A stretch of DNA of 64,000 nucleotides, from positions 2,356,001 to 2,420,000 of the forward strand of contig CM022671.1 in the NCBI GenBank assembly GCA_012295275.1, read 5' to 3'. Below, piece after piece: positions 25,097 to 39,802 of this stretch (within the stretch, counting starts at the first letter, position 1; each line of letters starts with the position of its first letter). The DNA comes from Chrysomallon squamiferum (Eukaryota > Animalia > Mollusca). A program made the translations under genes and the position numbers. The notes beneath the pieces were generated by a model. That model made no database searches, was not told where the DNA came from, and was given only the letters and a program-made list of their open reading frames with translations.

Positions 25097-26209
25097 GTTT
25101 TTACACCTTTTCTTCATACTCCTGAAACAACAAAATGTCAAGAAATGAAAGATGTGTTCCGGTTAAGTTGTTCTTTTCTTTTTTGTTAAATTATTTTATT
25201 TCGTTTATTCATTCACTCGTTCATAAAAGTTTCGCATGATAATAAAAACATGACGATAATGTATTTACATAAAAGAATACTATAAAAAGAAGAATAATGT
25301 CAAATGTAAAAATAAACAAATAAACAGGTAATTAAATCTATAACATTATATTAAATAAGAAGCCTCTTATAGCTTTGAAACAGAGTAAATAAAATGTATA
25401 CTATTGAAAGCTGTGCTTTGCAATGTTCATTATAAAAATTTATTGTGCATTTGGAGATAAAATTTGATAATATTCATAAGTAAAATCGATATATTTGTCT
25501 AAAAAATATACAAAATTAACGTATACGGGGCAAGATAATAAAAATGCAGTTCATTTCAGATAAAGGAAAGAAACTTTCTGTCAAACAAATGGGAAAGTTG
25601 TTATATCTTCGTTTCAACTTTTATTAAATGGAGGTTACCAGTTCTAAACGTTCTTGAAACTTTAAGAATAACTAGTCGACTATATAAATCAGTATACAAA
25701 TATTTTTATATATTAATACAATCTTAATTTATTGCCATCTTATTGATCGTTCTATAAAATATTAAATAAATCTTATTCATTGTTTGTATTTAAAACAACG
25801 TGAAAGTCATTTAAATTGTTTTTAAAGAAAAGGTTTGCTCGTTTAAGGTTTAGTATCAGAGATAGAAAGGAAAGAACCAAATAGTTATGTAATATCATAT
25901 ATTGGGGTGTATTAGTACTCTTGTATGAATTTTTAAGTCATAGCTTTACAAATTTTACTTTATATATATGTAGGCCTATATATGTTTATTTATGTATGAA
26001 TGTGTCCTTATTAAATAAAACAACGGAGAACAGATTAAAAAAAATTAAAAGGAAAACAGAGGACAGAATAATTATACTTACATACTAGTTAACATACACA
26101 CAGACAGACACGTATTTATTTTATTATCAAATACTTTAACGTATAAGAAATCTCTATTTTAGTTTTAATATAAAAATTCTGTTGTAGTCAATTCAATTAA
26201 TTAATAATA

Positions 26210-26244
<35 letters not shown>

Positions 26245-27574
26245 ATATTCCAAAAACATGAAAATTGGTTTAAATGCGAACGAAATTAAATGCATTAAAT
26301 TCGAAGAAGCTGAAATAGATGATATAATAGTTTAGTTTTTAAGTAATACAGTAATGTTAATCCAAATGTTTACCTCCATAAATATGTATATAAACAAACG
26401 CATATACTTATATCCCTCTGACGAAATAACTAAAATTACTGTGTTTTCTAACCAGGGAACAGTGTAAAAGGTTAAATATATCCACTTACGAAGCAGTAAG
26501 AAAACTATTCAACGTATTTCACAATCGTCTCGGTAATGTCAATAACGCTGACAACTGTGCGGCGAGACAGACCGAACTAACATGTTTTATCTCCTCATGT
26601 AGACGATTAGTTTTTAATACCCCGAAATGAAATCTTTATATTTATATTACTGATACAAAAAAAGATCGATAATAAAGATACGCAGTCAACAGCTTGCTCT
26701 GATTAGTACATTAACTGTTTGTTTTTTTTTTTTTTTTTTATTCAGTTAAACTGTCAAAGCTGATATTTTATTTGGTATATGTATCACCTATACTCCTGTA
26801 ACGAAATACTTAACAAAAGCTATTTTGTGTAAGTGCTGGTTAGCGTTATCATATATGTTTGTAATAACGTCTACAGGTGACAGCCTACATGTATGAATTC
26901 TTACATCGTCCCCATACCATTAATTAACTGGAATCTTTTTTTTTTTTTTTTTTTTTTTTTCCCCACTAAAATAACACAAATAAAATTTCTGGGAGTTAGA
27001 AGTATTATAACGAAAGATTTTTTCTTGCTGCTTAATAAATAATTTTAGTTAAGTTACAAGAGTTGTTGTTCATCAGACTGACCTGAAGTGATTCAAAGTC
27101 CTCGACTCGTTCGGTCACAGAAACACAGTTTATAAACACAGTCTTCCGTGATAAAACATTATAATTATCTGTTTCTTTTGCTGTTATGTTTTGTTGTTTT
27201 CAGTTCTGCACATGCTGCACCTTTTAGAGAAATAAACTTCTTGTCTTGTCTTGTTAGAGTTATCAAATGACTGACTCATAAATTTATAAACGAGACAATA
27301 TCTAGGAGTGTCTCTGGGGGTGCAAGGTCGAAAAATAAAGTGGGAAAACCCAGATATATTGTGACACAACCATGACGGGTGTGTTCAACAATGTGCTATA
27401 TTTTTACAAATATCTTTCAGAACGATTTTAATAAAATAATAATAATACATAAGTAAACATGAGATTCCAGATAACTGTCACTGAAGTAATGCCGTTTCTT
27501 TTTTGAACTATTGTTGAGCAATGAGAAAAAGACCTATTCAAAGAAAATCTACCAGTGAAGTTAGAAGCATTTCT

Positions 27575-27762
27575 CCCTGTAAAACAGGATACTGAGGAAC
27601 GTACTGCAGCATGTCATGTCCAAAGTTCGGCACTGCATTCATCAGATACAGACAAAGTTTTCATGGAAATTGCAAACCCGGATATTTCAGAGATGTGCTT
27701 TGGAACATGCCCTGAGAAATGTCGAATGTGTTACGACAGCGGCAACTGTGAACAATGTTTTG
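27575..27762 (+). pseudogene. Degraded EGF exon
   Basis: SPCKTGY*GTYCSMSCPK...CKPGYF/frameshift/EMCFGTCPEKCRMCYDSGNCEQCF followed by donor gtgagt. Confidence 0.7.
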
Positions 27763-27951
27763 GTGAGTTAGGAGGAGATTTCTACGAAATTCCTAAAATA
27801 TCACAAAAATATAACGGAATGGAATGAAACAGCTACTAATTCAGATATGTTTATGCATTAAAATAATAATAAAATAAATAAAATAAAACATATAAATACA
27901 GTCTTTATTATTAATGCTATTTTTGCTTCTATTACAATTATTACTACTACT

Positions 27952-28843
27952 TAGTGGCGAATCCACCCCATCTTCCTGACCATTTTTTATTTTTTTATTA
28001 TTTATGTTCATTCCAAACATATATAACGAATTTTACAAATTTACTGACTGTCACTCTACTGATCAAAATTTACTATTTTTTTAGAAAACTACATTAAACA
28101 TGATGTCACAGACACCTGTAAGGTGTTTACCGAAACAGTGTTGCCAATCAACGTCACAAAACATTATTTTCAAGACTGAAACCGGTTGTAGTTTAGTTAG
28201 AATTGAGTTAATATCTCACCAAATACTTTCTAAAATTAGTTGAAATACAGACTTCAGTGCATTAGATATATTAAATATTGTCCCGCCATGTTACATTACA
28301 ACGCATGTATCACCGTTTTTAAGATTACCTCAACCTAATGCCGTAACGCTAAACGCGAGGTAATATCAGAACCTACAATACATACATTCTGTTAAATATG
28401 TCTAAATAAATATGATGCCTGCTAGTAAGAATCCTGAATTGGCTTGTTGTTTGTGGGGATATTTTTTATTCAATATCCGCTTTGCGAGTAAACGTAAACT
28501 GGTATTTTGCTTCCTGAGTCTTATATTAAAAACAGTTTAACCTATTCCATTTTACTGTCTTTTATTTCTTTCATGTCAGTTATTCTTAGAGTATCCTAAG
28601 TTACTGCTTATCTGATATAAATTAATGTTATTAAATACTACTAAATAATATCATTAGCAAATTCAAAGCTTATGATGTGTGTTTACTGAAGTTTAACGCA
28701 TGTACATCATTGTCTTACTGCTGAACAACACCAGTCATTGGACAAACATTGATTTTATTGTTATATAATATTTGTACAGTACGGCGACTCTGGACGCCTG
28801 GTAAGTTTACTCCCCCCTTATTTTATTTCTGGACTCGCCACTG
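27952..28843. mobile_element. Non-autonomous hAT-like DNA transposon (MITE), 892 bp
   Basis: TIRs tagtggcgaatcca ... tggactcgccactg, flanked by the 8-bp direct repeat ctactact (within a TAC microsatellite, so the TSD evidence is weak). No transposase ORF. Confidence 0.7.
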
Positions 28844-28911
<68 letters not shown>

Positions 28912-29374
28912 GATACTAATACCATTATTACTTACTTACTACTAACACTTCTACCACAACAGCTACTACTTCCACTCTTATTACAAATATTGTGCTATTA
29001 AACCAATACTACAACGACTGTCACTATTATTATTGCAGCTACATCTAATACTGCTGTTACCATCGCTACTACAGCCACTACTACTACTACTACTACTACT
29101 ATCACCACAAATACGACTATTACAACTATTATTACATTTGTTATTCGTGCTAGTATACAAATAATACATGTAATATTGTAAAAAGACGCAAATGTTTTCC
29201 ACTGTTTTTTCATGATGCACATCCAGACGTTTTTGTTCAGTTTAAGCTAAAGCATGTTCTTTCTGAATCTTCAAGAGCTACTTACGGAACTTCGATGAAA
29301 ATGGTTAAATCGTGTTCTATTTTTTTTTTTTTTTTATTAGAGCGTGTTTTTGGACGTTTTGTCATTTTTCTTTT

Positions 29375-30240
29375 GACAGTAGCAAATGATATAACTAATG
29401 CTGGTGTTAGACACAATAATCTAAACAATTTCCAATTTTACAAGTGTATAGAGAGAATATGCTTTACAGTCTAACATTATTGTGCAAACATATAAATCAT
29501 GATTTTATTTTATTTTATTTATTTTAATATATTATAAATCTTGATATCAGGATAACTGTCAGATTTTTCTACTGAAGAAACAAAATAAGAAAACTATTCA
29601 TCGTATTGAACAACTCGTCTCAAATAACGGTCATTTAAGTAGACTGTAGTGGTCGTAATTCCCTGAGGAGAAAGATTTCTAATTAAAGAAATATATCTTA
29701 CTTTATTTACTGAACAAAGATAAAACATTTCTGGAGAATGCGAACGTGATCACGTAAGGTAATTTGATAGCTGACGTAGTAACTGTTACATAACGCGAGT
29801 TTTCACGACCAACTAAATTCAAAAGCACTATAACGATTATTACTGAAAGAAAAAACAAAGAAAAAGAAAAATAATTTTTTCTTTTTACTTATTTGTTAAG
29901 CAGTAGTAATCTTTTACTAAATTCGTCATAGAAATAGAAATAAATAAAAATATAATACATTTAGCAGCAGGCGACTAGATGGTGTTTTATATATTTTTAC
30001 AAACAGTTCATTTCATTAATATTGTTTTGATTATCTTCTTTTTTTTTTTTTTTTTTATAGTTTTTTTAATCTTCCTCGAACCATTCGTTATCTTTAGGAA
30101 CATGATTAACAAGGAAGACTGAAGTTTCTATTAATTTTAACATTACATAAATTCAGTTCTTCGTCATCATAAATAAAGAAAAAAGTTTCAAATTGCCATC
30201 TCGAAACTTGTTTCGATTATTTAGTTACTTACTTTCTGTT
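29375..30240. repeat. Segmental-duplication block (same orientation at ~58200-59080 and partly 3160-3300; inverted at 37690-38670)
   Basis: Shared strings such as 'gtggtcgtaattcc..gagaaagatttctaa' and 'ttaggaacatgattaacaaggaagactgaagtttc'. Confidence 0.85.
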
Positions 30241-31751
30241 AAGTAAATATGTTATATTTTAAGTTATGTACAACGATCATTTTCGACATTCCAAATGGTA
30301 ATCTCTATAACTGCACATGTTTTTATACATCACTTCAAACTTATTTTATAAGAATTTATTTTATGCTCTCACTTTATGCATATTTTATACTCTAACTCTA
30401 CATTTATTATGTGCATCCCGATACATTTATTTTAAACATTCCAAGTGGACCTATTTCTGAAGGAACCTCATTAGTGCCTCTTTGCCAGATATTTTTAATC
30501 GTAATTTTGTTTTCTATGTAGTGAATTACATAATATTCACTAAACACTTATTTTTATATGCCCATTTAAAGCAGAATGTCTGCTACATGTTATATTTAGT
30601 ATATTATTATATTACGGTAATATTTTTTAGCTATCGTGTATAATCATGTTTATAATTCATATTTTTACAGTTCTTAAATGTTTACCTAATTAATGCCAGA
30701 AAATGGGGGTAAATACATAGAAACTAAATAGCAGAGAGTATTAAGACGTCCTTGGGTTTTTTAGAAAATGTATTATATAATTAGGGGAAATTTCGTTATT
30801 TTCTAATTGAACAAACTCTGGGATTAACAAACACAAAATTGGCATTTAAGTTGCAAAGTAAATTCAGAAAGGCTGTCTGGAGAGGTGTTTACTGAACGCC
30901 GGCGCCATGTTTACAAATATCCTGCGCGCGTTCTAAACGAGATCTTTTGATTGGTGCGCATTCACACGTTGTCTGAGGCCGTCTGCGCAAGACAAAAGAC
31001 CCCTCAGGTAATGGTAGTTATTGTTTAAATATTTTTTGTGTTAACATACACGTTGATAGATTAAAGATAGCTAAATCTATTACTGTCGGATCGTTTACTG
31101 TTCTGTTCTGTGGTACGCTTAAAAACTAAGCTAACGTATTTAATTACTAAAAGATTAGTTAGAAAGTTAAAGTAATGAACAGGGCTTAATTAACTTAGTA
31201 TTATCTATCAACACTATTTGCTTTTATATTGTATCGTTCGAATCGTACGATTAAATTATATGTTACCAATGTTGGTTAGTTTATGTGAGATAGATATATA
31301 TATATATAAAACAATTACCTATATACAATTCTTGTTTGCGTTATTGTTCTCTAGTGGATACAGAATAGTCATTTAGTAGTTTAAGCTGTCTGAGATAACT
31401 AACACCTTGTCACGTGACGCTTTTATAGTCTCCTACCCTTAAGGCGGGACGAGCCAAATGTTAGGTATTAATACCACTTTTTATTGCAGCAGCAGCAGTA
31501 TTAGTACAGCTAGTAATAGAAGTAATTGTAGTTATCATTATTTTTATAATTAATTACATAAATCAGTAAATAGTAACAACGTTAGTAGCATTATCATTAA
31601 TATATAATGATTTAGTATCAAACAGATTAAATAAGAAATAAATTAACACAAACAAACAAATAAACAAACAAACAAACAAATAAAGAAATAAATAAATAAA
31701 AATTTAACATTATAATCTATGACTGAACAATAACACAGTAAGGTAACTCAC

Positions 31752-31999
31752 AGATATATGCTGCTGGTGTTGTACTATTTCCAGTGGTTTCACTGTTAAT
31801 ACAGACACAATCTGCGTCATACTGTGAACATTCCAAACATTCAGATGAACAACTGACTCCAAAATAACCGTCTTTGCACTGTCCAGAACAGTTTCCAGTC
31901 ACGCGATCACATTTGAGACAGGACCCAGGACATCTTCGTCTACACTGGATTCCTAGTCATCCATCTTCACATCCACTTTGACAGAGTGTGGAAGAATGC
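31752..31999 (-). pseudogene. 5'-truncated B-type EGF exon (B3)
   Basis: HSSTLCQSGCEDG*LGIQCRRRCPGSCLKCDRVTGNCSGQCKDGYFGVSCSSECLEC... TGG>TGA at 31957-31959; signal peptide deleted; closest to B0. Confidence 0.85.
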
Positions 32000-32289
32000 C
32001 CTTGTACTTGTTTTACCACTATGTTTTCTAACCAGATCCTGTTATTAGTGTAATGTTTAAATATATCTACTTTACGAAACAACAAATTAAATGTATCTAT
32101 AGTCTCTCAATAACTGTCATAAGCAAACATTTTTTTATCTCCTTACGTAGACTTCAAGTTTTTAATACTGTGAATAGTAATCTCTATATTTATATTACCG
32201 ATACAAAAAAGAAAACACAAAAAAAAAAATTGATAACAATGTGTATTGTGTATCTATCTCAAATAGAGACCCGTGTCAGATCAGATTAA

Positions 32290-32320
32290 AGTTCTCGGTA
32301 AAAGGTATTTTCCGAGAACT
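32290..32320 (+). promoter_or_regulatory. Inverted pair of STAT/GAS-like sites ~90 bp upstream of the R3 ATG
   Basis: agttctcggtaaaa-ggt-attttccgagaact; TTCCGAGAA at 32310-32318 fits TTCNNNGAA. Motif match only. Confidence 0.3.
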
Positions 32321-32405
32321 CACTGAGGTTTATCTAGAAAAGGCGGTATTTCTACTTCCGTATCAAAAATCTTGTTTATTTAGTTTATAACTGATCTGGG
32401 TGACG

Positions 32406-33871
<1,466 letters not shown>

Positions 33872-33959
33872 GTATTTATCCATTTATATACACACACATT
33901 CTCTTTTTGTCTATTTCTTTTTGTTACTACTCTGTGTATATGTGCTTCTGTCTGCAGCT

Positions 33960-33974
33960 TGAGAGAACATAGTG

Positions 33975-34035
<61 letters not shown>

Positions 34036-34123
34036 TATGCAGAGCGAGAGAACATAACTGAAACACACAGACACACACACACACACACACATATATATAC
34101 AGAGCGAGAGAACATAACTGAAA

Positions 34124-34158
<35 letters not shown>

Positions 34159-34354
34159 CATATAGAGAGCGAGAGAACATAACTCACACACATATATATA
34201 TAACACACACACAGAACATAACACACACACACACACATATATATATACATATAGAGAGCGAGAGAACATAACTAAAACACACACACACACACATATATAT
34301 ATACATATAGAGAGCGAGAGAACATAACTAAAACACACACACACATATACACAT

Positions 34355-34385
<31 letters not shown>

Positions 34386-34885
34386 GAGAGCGAGAGAACA
34401 TAAGAACATAACATATAAATACACACACACATATATATATATACATATAGAGAGCGAGAGAACATAACTAAAACACACACACACACAGACACACACACAC
34501 ACACATATATATACATATAGAGAGCGAGAGAACATAACTAAAACACACACACATACACATATATATATATACATATAGAGAGCGAGAGAACATAACTAAA
34601 ACACACACACACACATATATATATACATATAGAGAGCGAGAGAACATAACTAAAACACACACACATACATATATATATATATACATATAGAGAGCGAGAG
34701 AACATAACTAAAACACACACACATATATATATATACATATAGAGAGCGAGAGAGAACATAACTAGAGAGCGAGAGACATATATATATACATATAGAGAGC
34801 GAGAGAACATAACTAAAACACACACACATATATATATATATATATACATATAGAGAGCGAGAGAACATAACTGAAACACACACAG
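33960..34885. repeat. Compound ~50-bp minisatellite, ~17 copies
   Basis: Unit agagcgagagaacataactaaa(ac)n(at)n acatat with variable microsatellite lengths. Confidence 0.95.
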
Positions 34886-35263
34886 AGATGAACAGCGTAT
34901 TTTCCCTTCTTTATCCATCTTTCTTTTCTTCTTTCATTCTGTCATTATTTGTTTCTTTTATTTTTATTTTTTAAAATCTTTCATTATTTCTTTTAACTGT
35001 TTTCTTTTCTTAAATTCATTCCTTTTAATTTACCTTTTTATATTTATTTTTGTGATCGCTCTGTATATAAAAACAACTTATTTATTTATTTATTTATTTA
35101 TTTATTTTACTCTCTTTCTCTTCGTTATTTCAACCATATTTTATACATTTTTCATATAAAAAAAAATAAAAAATAAAATAGATTCTGGGGGTTTTGTAAA
35201 TACATTTTCTTTGCAATAATATTTTTCGTGATATTTATAACATTGTAACTTAATTATCATTAT

Positions 35264-35465
35264 TAGTAGTAGTAGTAGTAGTAGAAGTAGTAGTAGCAGT
35301 AGTAATAGTAGTAGTAGCAGCAGCAACACCAGCAGAAGTAGTAGCAGCAATAATAATAATAATATTTATTATTATTATTAGCAGTAGTAGTAATAGTAGT
35401 AATAGTAGTAGTAGTAGTAATAGTAGTAATAGTAGTAGTAGTAGTAATAGTAGTAGTAGTAGTTA

Positions 35466-35524
<59 letters not shown>

Positions 35525-35595
35525 ATAGTAGTAGTAGTAGAGTAGTAGTAATAGTGGTAGTAGTAGTGTAGTAGTAGTAGTAGTAGTAGTAGTAA
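35264..35595. repeat. (TAG)n microsatellite
   Basis: Imperfect trinucleotide run. Confidence 0.95.
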
Positions 35596-36586
35596 TTTAA
35601 TTTATACAAGTATTAATAGTAGTAGTAATAGTAGTTGTTGTTATTTTCCTATTTATTTATTTATTTTAATAATCATTAATAATTTCATTTTTCTTGTCCA
35701 TAAATAAAATTAGACATTAATCAACATTTATAAGTTACAGGCTTGCTGCTTTCATTTTTTTTGGTTAAACATTATATTTATGAATTGTATCATCTTTTTA
35801 ATTTATGCATTTGGTTTTTATGTACATGATTTAACCCATTTTGTTGGATAATGTTGATGTATTTTATTTTATTTTTTTGAAATGTATATCTATCCTTTTT
35901 CTAATGGTAATAAGTATTTTGTATCACACGAAAGAAATTTAATCTACTCTGTTAACTAATGCTAAAGCATTTTCCAATTTATATATATATATATATATTA
36001 TATTTATTCTCTAGATTCAAATATTTTTTAGTATCTAATTAGCCTTTCTTTGGTAGATGTCAACATGTCTTGTTATATCTATACATTTATCAAAAAAAAA
36101 CATTTATTGCGCTTTTCCTTTACACTTTTCTCTTTTTCCCCAGGATGCAGATTTGTGTCTGAAGATATTAATCTAGAAACATGTGAATTCTTATCACCAT
36201 CAAATGCAGTTTATTTACAAGAATGCACCTGTGCTCTTGGATCAATATTTCTTTTTGTCGTCCATTGCTTAATTTGATATGCTTACGTTCATAGGTACAT
36301 ATACATGTACATACTACATAGGCTTGTAGATGTAAAGTCAAATTTGAAAAGTTATAACTTATAAATTGACACAAGAGTAATGATATATATTCATAGTAAC
36401 TCAAATGGCAATATATAATTTTTCTTTCTTTCTTTATATATCTTCGTTGAAATCCATCTGTCATAACTGTGTCTCTCTGTCTTCGCGTGTATGTCCGTGT
36501 CTGCTTATTATAGTCAGTATATTTGTTTATCTACATGTATAAATGCCAGGCAGAACATTAAAAAAGAGACACTAACAATTACAATA

Positions 36587-36619
<33 letters not shown>

Positions 36620-36949
36620 TCACAAGCGAGGAATGGATGTAAAAAAAAACAAGACAGTGTACACTATAAAGGCGTTAAAAAGAGCACTAAAACTCAATGA
36701 AACATAGATAATAATAAGAACATATTATAAAAAGAAGATGTGTGATGAAAGTTATTATACTGATTTTAGGTTTTTGTGTATTATTTTCTATTTCTCTCGG
36801 TTACTCTTTCTTTTAATTTTTATGTACGTTTGTTATTTCGGTTCCACAAATTTCCTATTCCTGTTCTTTCAAATGCAGAGTCACGGATTTTCTAAATATT
36901 GTTAATTTAAGAAACGTCATTTTTTTATTACAGGAAAAAATAAAGAATC

Positions 36950-37429
36950 AAATTCGTTTGAATACGTATTAGATGACGATACTAAAATTAGTAAAATCTG
37001 TGATGATTATAACTACATCTACAACTATTACTTCTACGTCAACAAGATCACTTACGTTTGAAAGATCATAACCAGCATGCTCATAACGGATAAGATAATC
37101 AAATCTGGGAAGAAAGCTTTACAATTTTTATATTCAAACGTAAATAAACAATTCTGATCTGCATAGAAATATGTTTACCTGTCGAAAGTTGAGAAACAAA
37201 ATAAAGTGACTTTTAACGTTATAGATTTTGTTAGCAGTTTTTTTTTTATTATTATTCAGTTTTTCAATCATATCAAATTTCCGTGGTGGAAAAATGTTGT
37301 TTGTTTTTGTGGGTTTTTTATGTTGTTGTTTTGTTTTTAAAAATTATTTTAATTATTTATAAACCATTTCAGGTTGTTAATAAATCATTTCATCTTCTTC
37401 ATAGCTTGTTGTCGTTTTTGTTGTTGTTG

Positions 37430-37490
<61 letters not shown>

Positions 37491-38670
37491 TGGATTTTTA
37501 GAAAGAAATGATATTTAAAATTATATACAATGAATAGAATTGATTAGTCATATTTTTAATATAAAATATATATACTTTGGTTTGTTATTTTTTATTTATC
37601 TCGCTGTTAGTTAATATAATTACAAAGATTACCATGTGAAGTATCTAAAACAACAACTCTAAATAATTAAAAAAAAAAAATTTAATTAGTAGAAAGTAAG
37701 TTTTTAAATAACCGAAAGATTATTATCTACTTTGTTTTCAAGATGGCAGTTTAAACATTTTTCTTTATTTATGATGATGAATAACCGGATTTATGTAATG
37801 TTAAACTTAATAGATTCTTCAATCTTCCTTGTTAATCATGTTTCTAAACATAATGGTTCTACGAAGATTTTTCAAAAATCGTTTAAACAGTATTAATGAA
37901 ATGAATTGTTAGAAAAAGGTGTATGAAAAGTGTATCTAGTCGTCTGCTGCTAAATGTTAAATTTCTATTTAATGCATCGTGATGAATTCAGTAAAAGTTC
38001 GTATTAACATAGCACAACAACAACAACAACACCACAACAGCAACAACTATTACAACCATTTAAAAAATAAATAAATAAACAAAAAGAAAAACAATTCGTT
38101 ATAGTTCATTTGAATCAAAAAACAAATTGTACACGACAGTTTTAACACGACTACGGGAACCAATTTTATAACATTGTTTGAATTCGTAAAACACAAAAAT
38201 AACTTCCTGTTTTTTATTTATTTAATTAGTCGTGAAAACTCACGTTATCTAAAGTTACTACGTCAGCTATCAAATTACCTTACACGATCACGTTCGCATT
38301 CTCCAGAAATGTTTTATCTCTGTTCAGTAAATAAAGAAAGATTAATTTCTTTAGTTAGAAATCTTTCTTCTCGGGGAATTGCCACCACTACAGTCTACTT
38401 AAAAGACCGTTATTTGAGACGAGTTGTTCAATACGATGAATAGTTTTCTTATTTTGTTTCTTCAGTAGAAAAATCTGACAGTTATCCTGCTATCAAGATT
38501 TATAATATATTAAAATAAATAAAATAAAATAAAATCATGATTTATATGTTTGCACAATATGGCTAGACTGTAAATCATATTCTCGCTATACAGAGGAAAC
38601 TTGTAAAACTGGAAACTGTTTAGATTATTGTGTCTAACACCACCTTTAGTTTTATCACTTGCTATTGTCT
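36950..38670. repeat. Inverted copy of the block at ~58200-59560 / 29375-30240
   Basis: Reverse-complement matches, e.g. 38530-38670 versus 29375-29510, and 37020-37172 versus 59370-59530. Confidence 0.85.
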
Positions 38671-39573
38671 TTCTTCTCGATGAATTAAACAAAAATGACT
38701 GTTACTAAATCGAGGAGTGAAATACAATGAATACTTTTCTAATTTTGTTTCTTCAACAGAAAAATTTGGTATCAATTCTGATGGTCACATTTGTATTGTG
38801 AAAATAAGTGTTTCATATAACTGTCACCTGCAGATTAAATTAAATAAAAATAAATAAACAAGAAGATGTTTAAATAAATAAATTAAAAAAAAAAAAATGA
38901 ATGAATGATCGAACGAAAAAGCAAGCAAGAAAACGAACGAACAGACATTGAAATAATAACTGACGTCAGAAAAATTAAATGATTTATTAATAACTTTAAC
39001 AGTCTTGTAAACATCCAAATAAATAACAGAGACTAAAATTTAAAAATTGCATTTTAAACAAAACATTTCGAATATATTAAAGACTAAGTAGCTAGTATGT
39101 CTTCGAAATTAGAAACAAACTAAAAACATTCTACACTTACATTTTTTATTGATCATGTGATTAATATTATGTTACATTGATTTAGACTGGATGCTGTTGA
39201 GCAGGATCCAGAAAATTGTTCACATTCCACGTAGTGTAATAAACGAGTCATTTTGCTCAGACTAGAATGGGAAATAGTCCAGGGACGCGAACCAAGGAGA
39301 ACTGGTCCAGAGACCTATCACACTATAGCGATTTGTTGTTTTCTTTTTTCGTATTATTCAATGTTGTCTTCTTTTTTCTATTTGAAACTAATACAAGGAA
39401 GCTTTAATAACTAAATAATTTGTGAAAAGAGAAAAGTAATGTTTGTACTAGACATACAAATATTACATTCGTCCAAGTATTCTGATATTACAATATTACA
39501 ACTCAGAGTTTGTTTTTTCTTGATAATCTTTCTTATTATTACTATTCTCCTCCTCCTCCTCCTTCTCCTCCTC

Positions 39574-39642
<69 letters not shown>

Positions 39643-39802
39643 GTTATTATTATCATCATCATCATCATCATCATCATCATTTGGAGTAAATATCTAAAAT
39701 ATTCTTCTCAACAAGCAAGCTAACGGCTATACTTATGTTGAAGATAGTCTTTGTCTCTTCCTTTCTTTTTTTCATTCTCCTTTCTTTTTTCTTTCTCCCT
39801 TG

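Noticed and set aside
33960-34885. Second possible micro-exon array (ttttag..gtat per unit on the minus strand)
   Set aside because: Weak donors, spacers too short for introns, no host gene on that strand; treated as a minisatellite.
38174-38443. Recurrent peptide VRNLSSRG (also 3084-3317)
   Set aside because: Frame is not conserved among the four copies; explained by segmental duplication, no recognisable domain.
36900-39800. Tyrosine phosphatase domain downstream of the EGF receptors
   Set aside because: No PTP motifs (HCSAG, WPD, KNRY) seen; tails end at clear stop codons.
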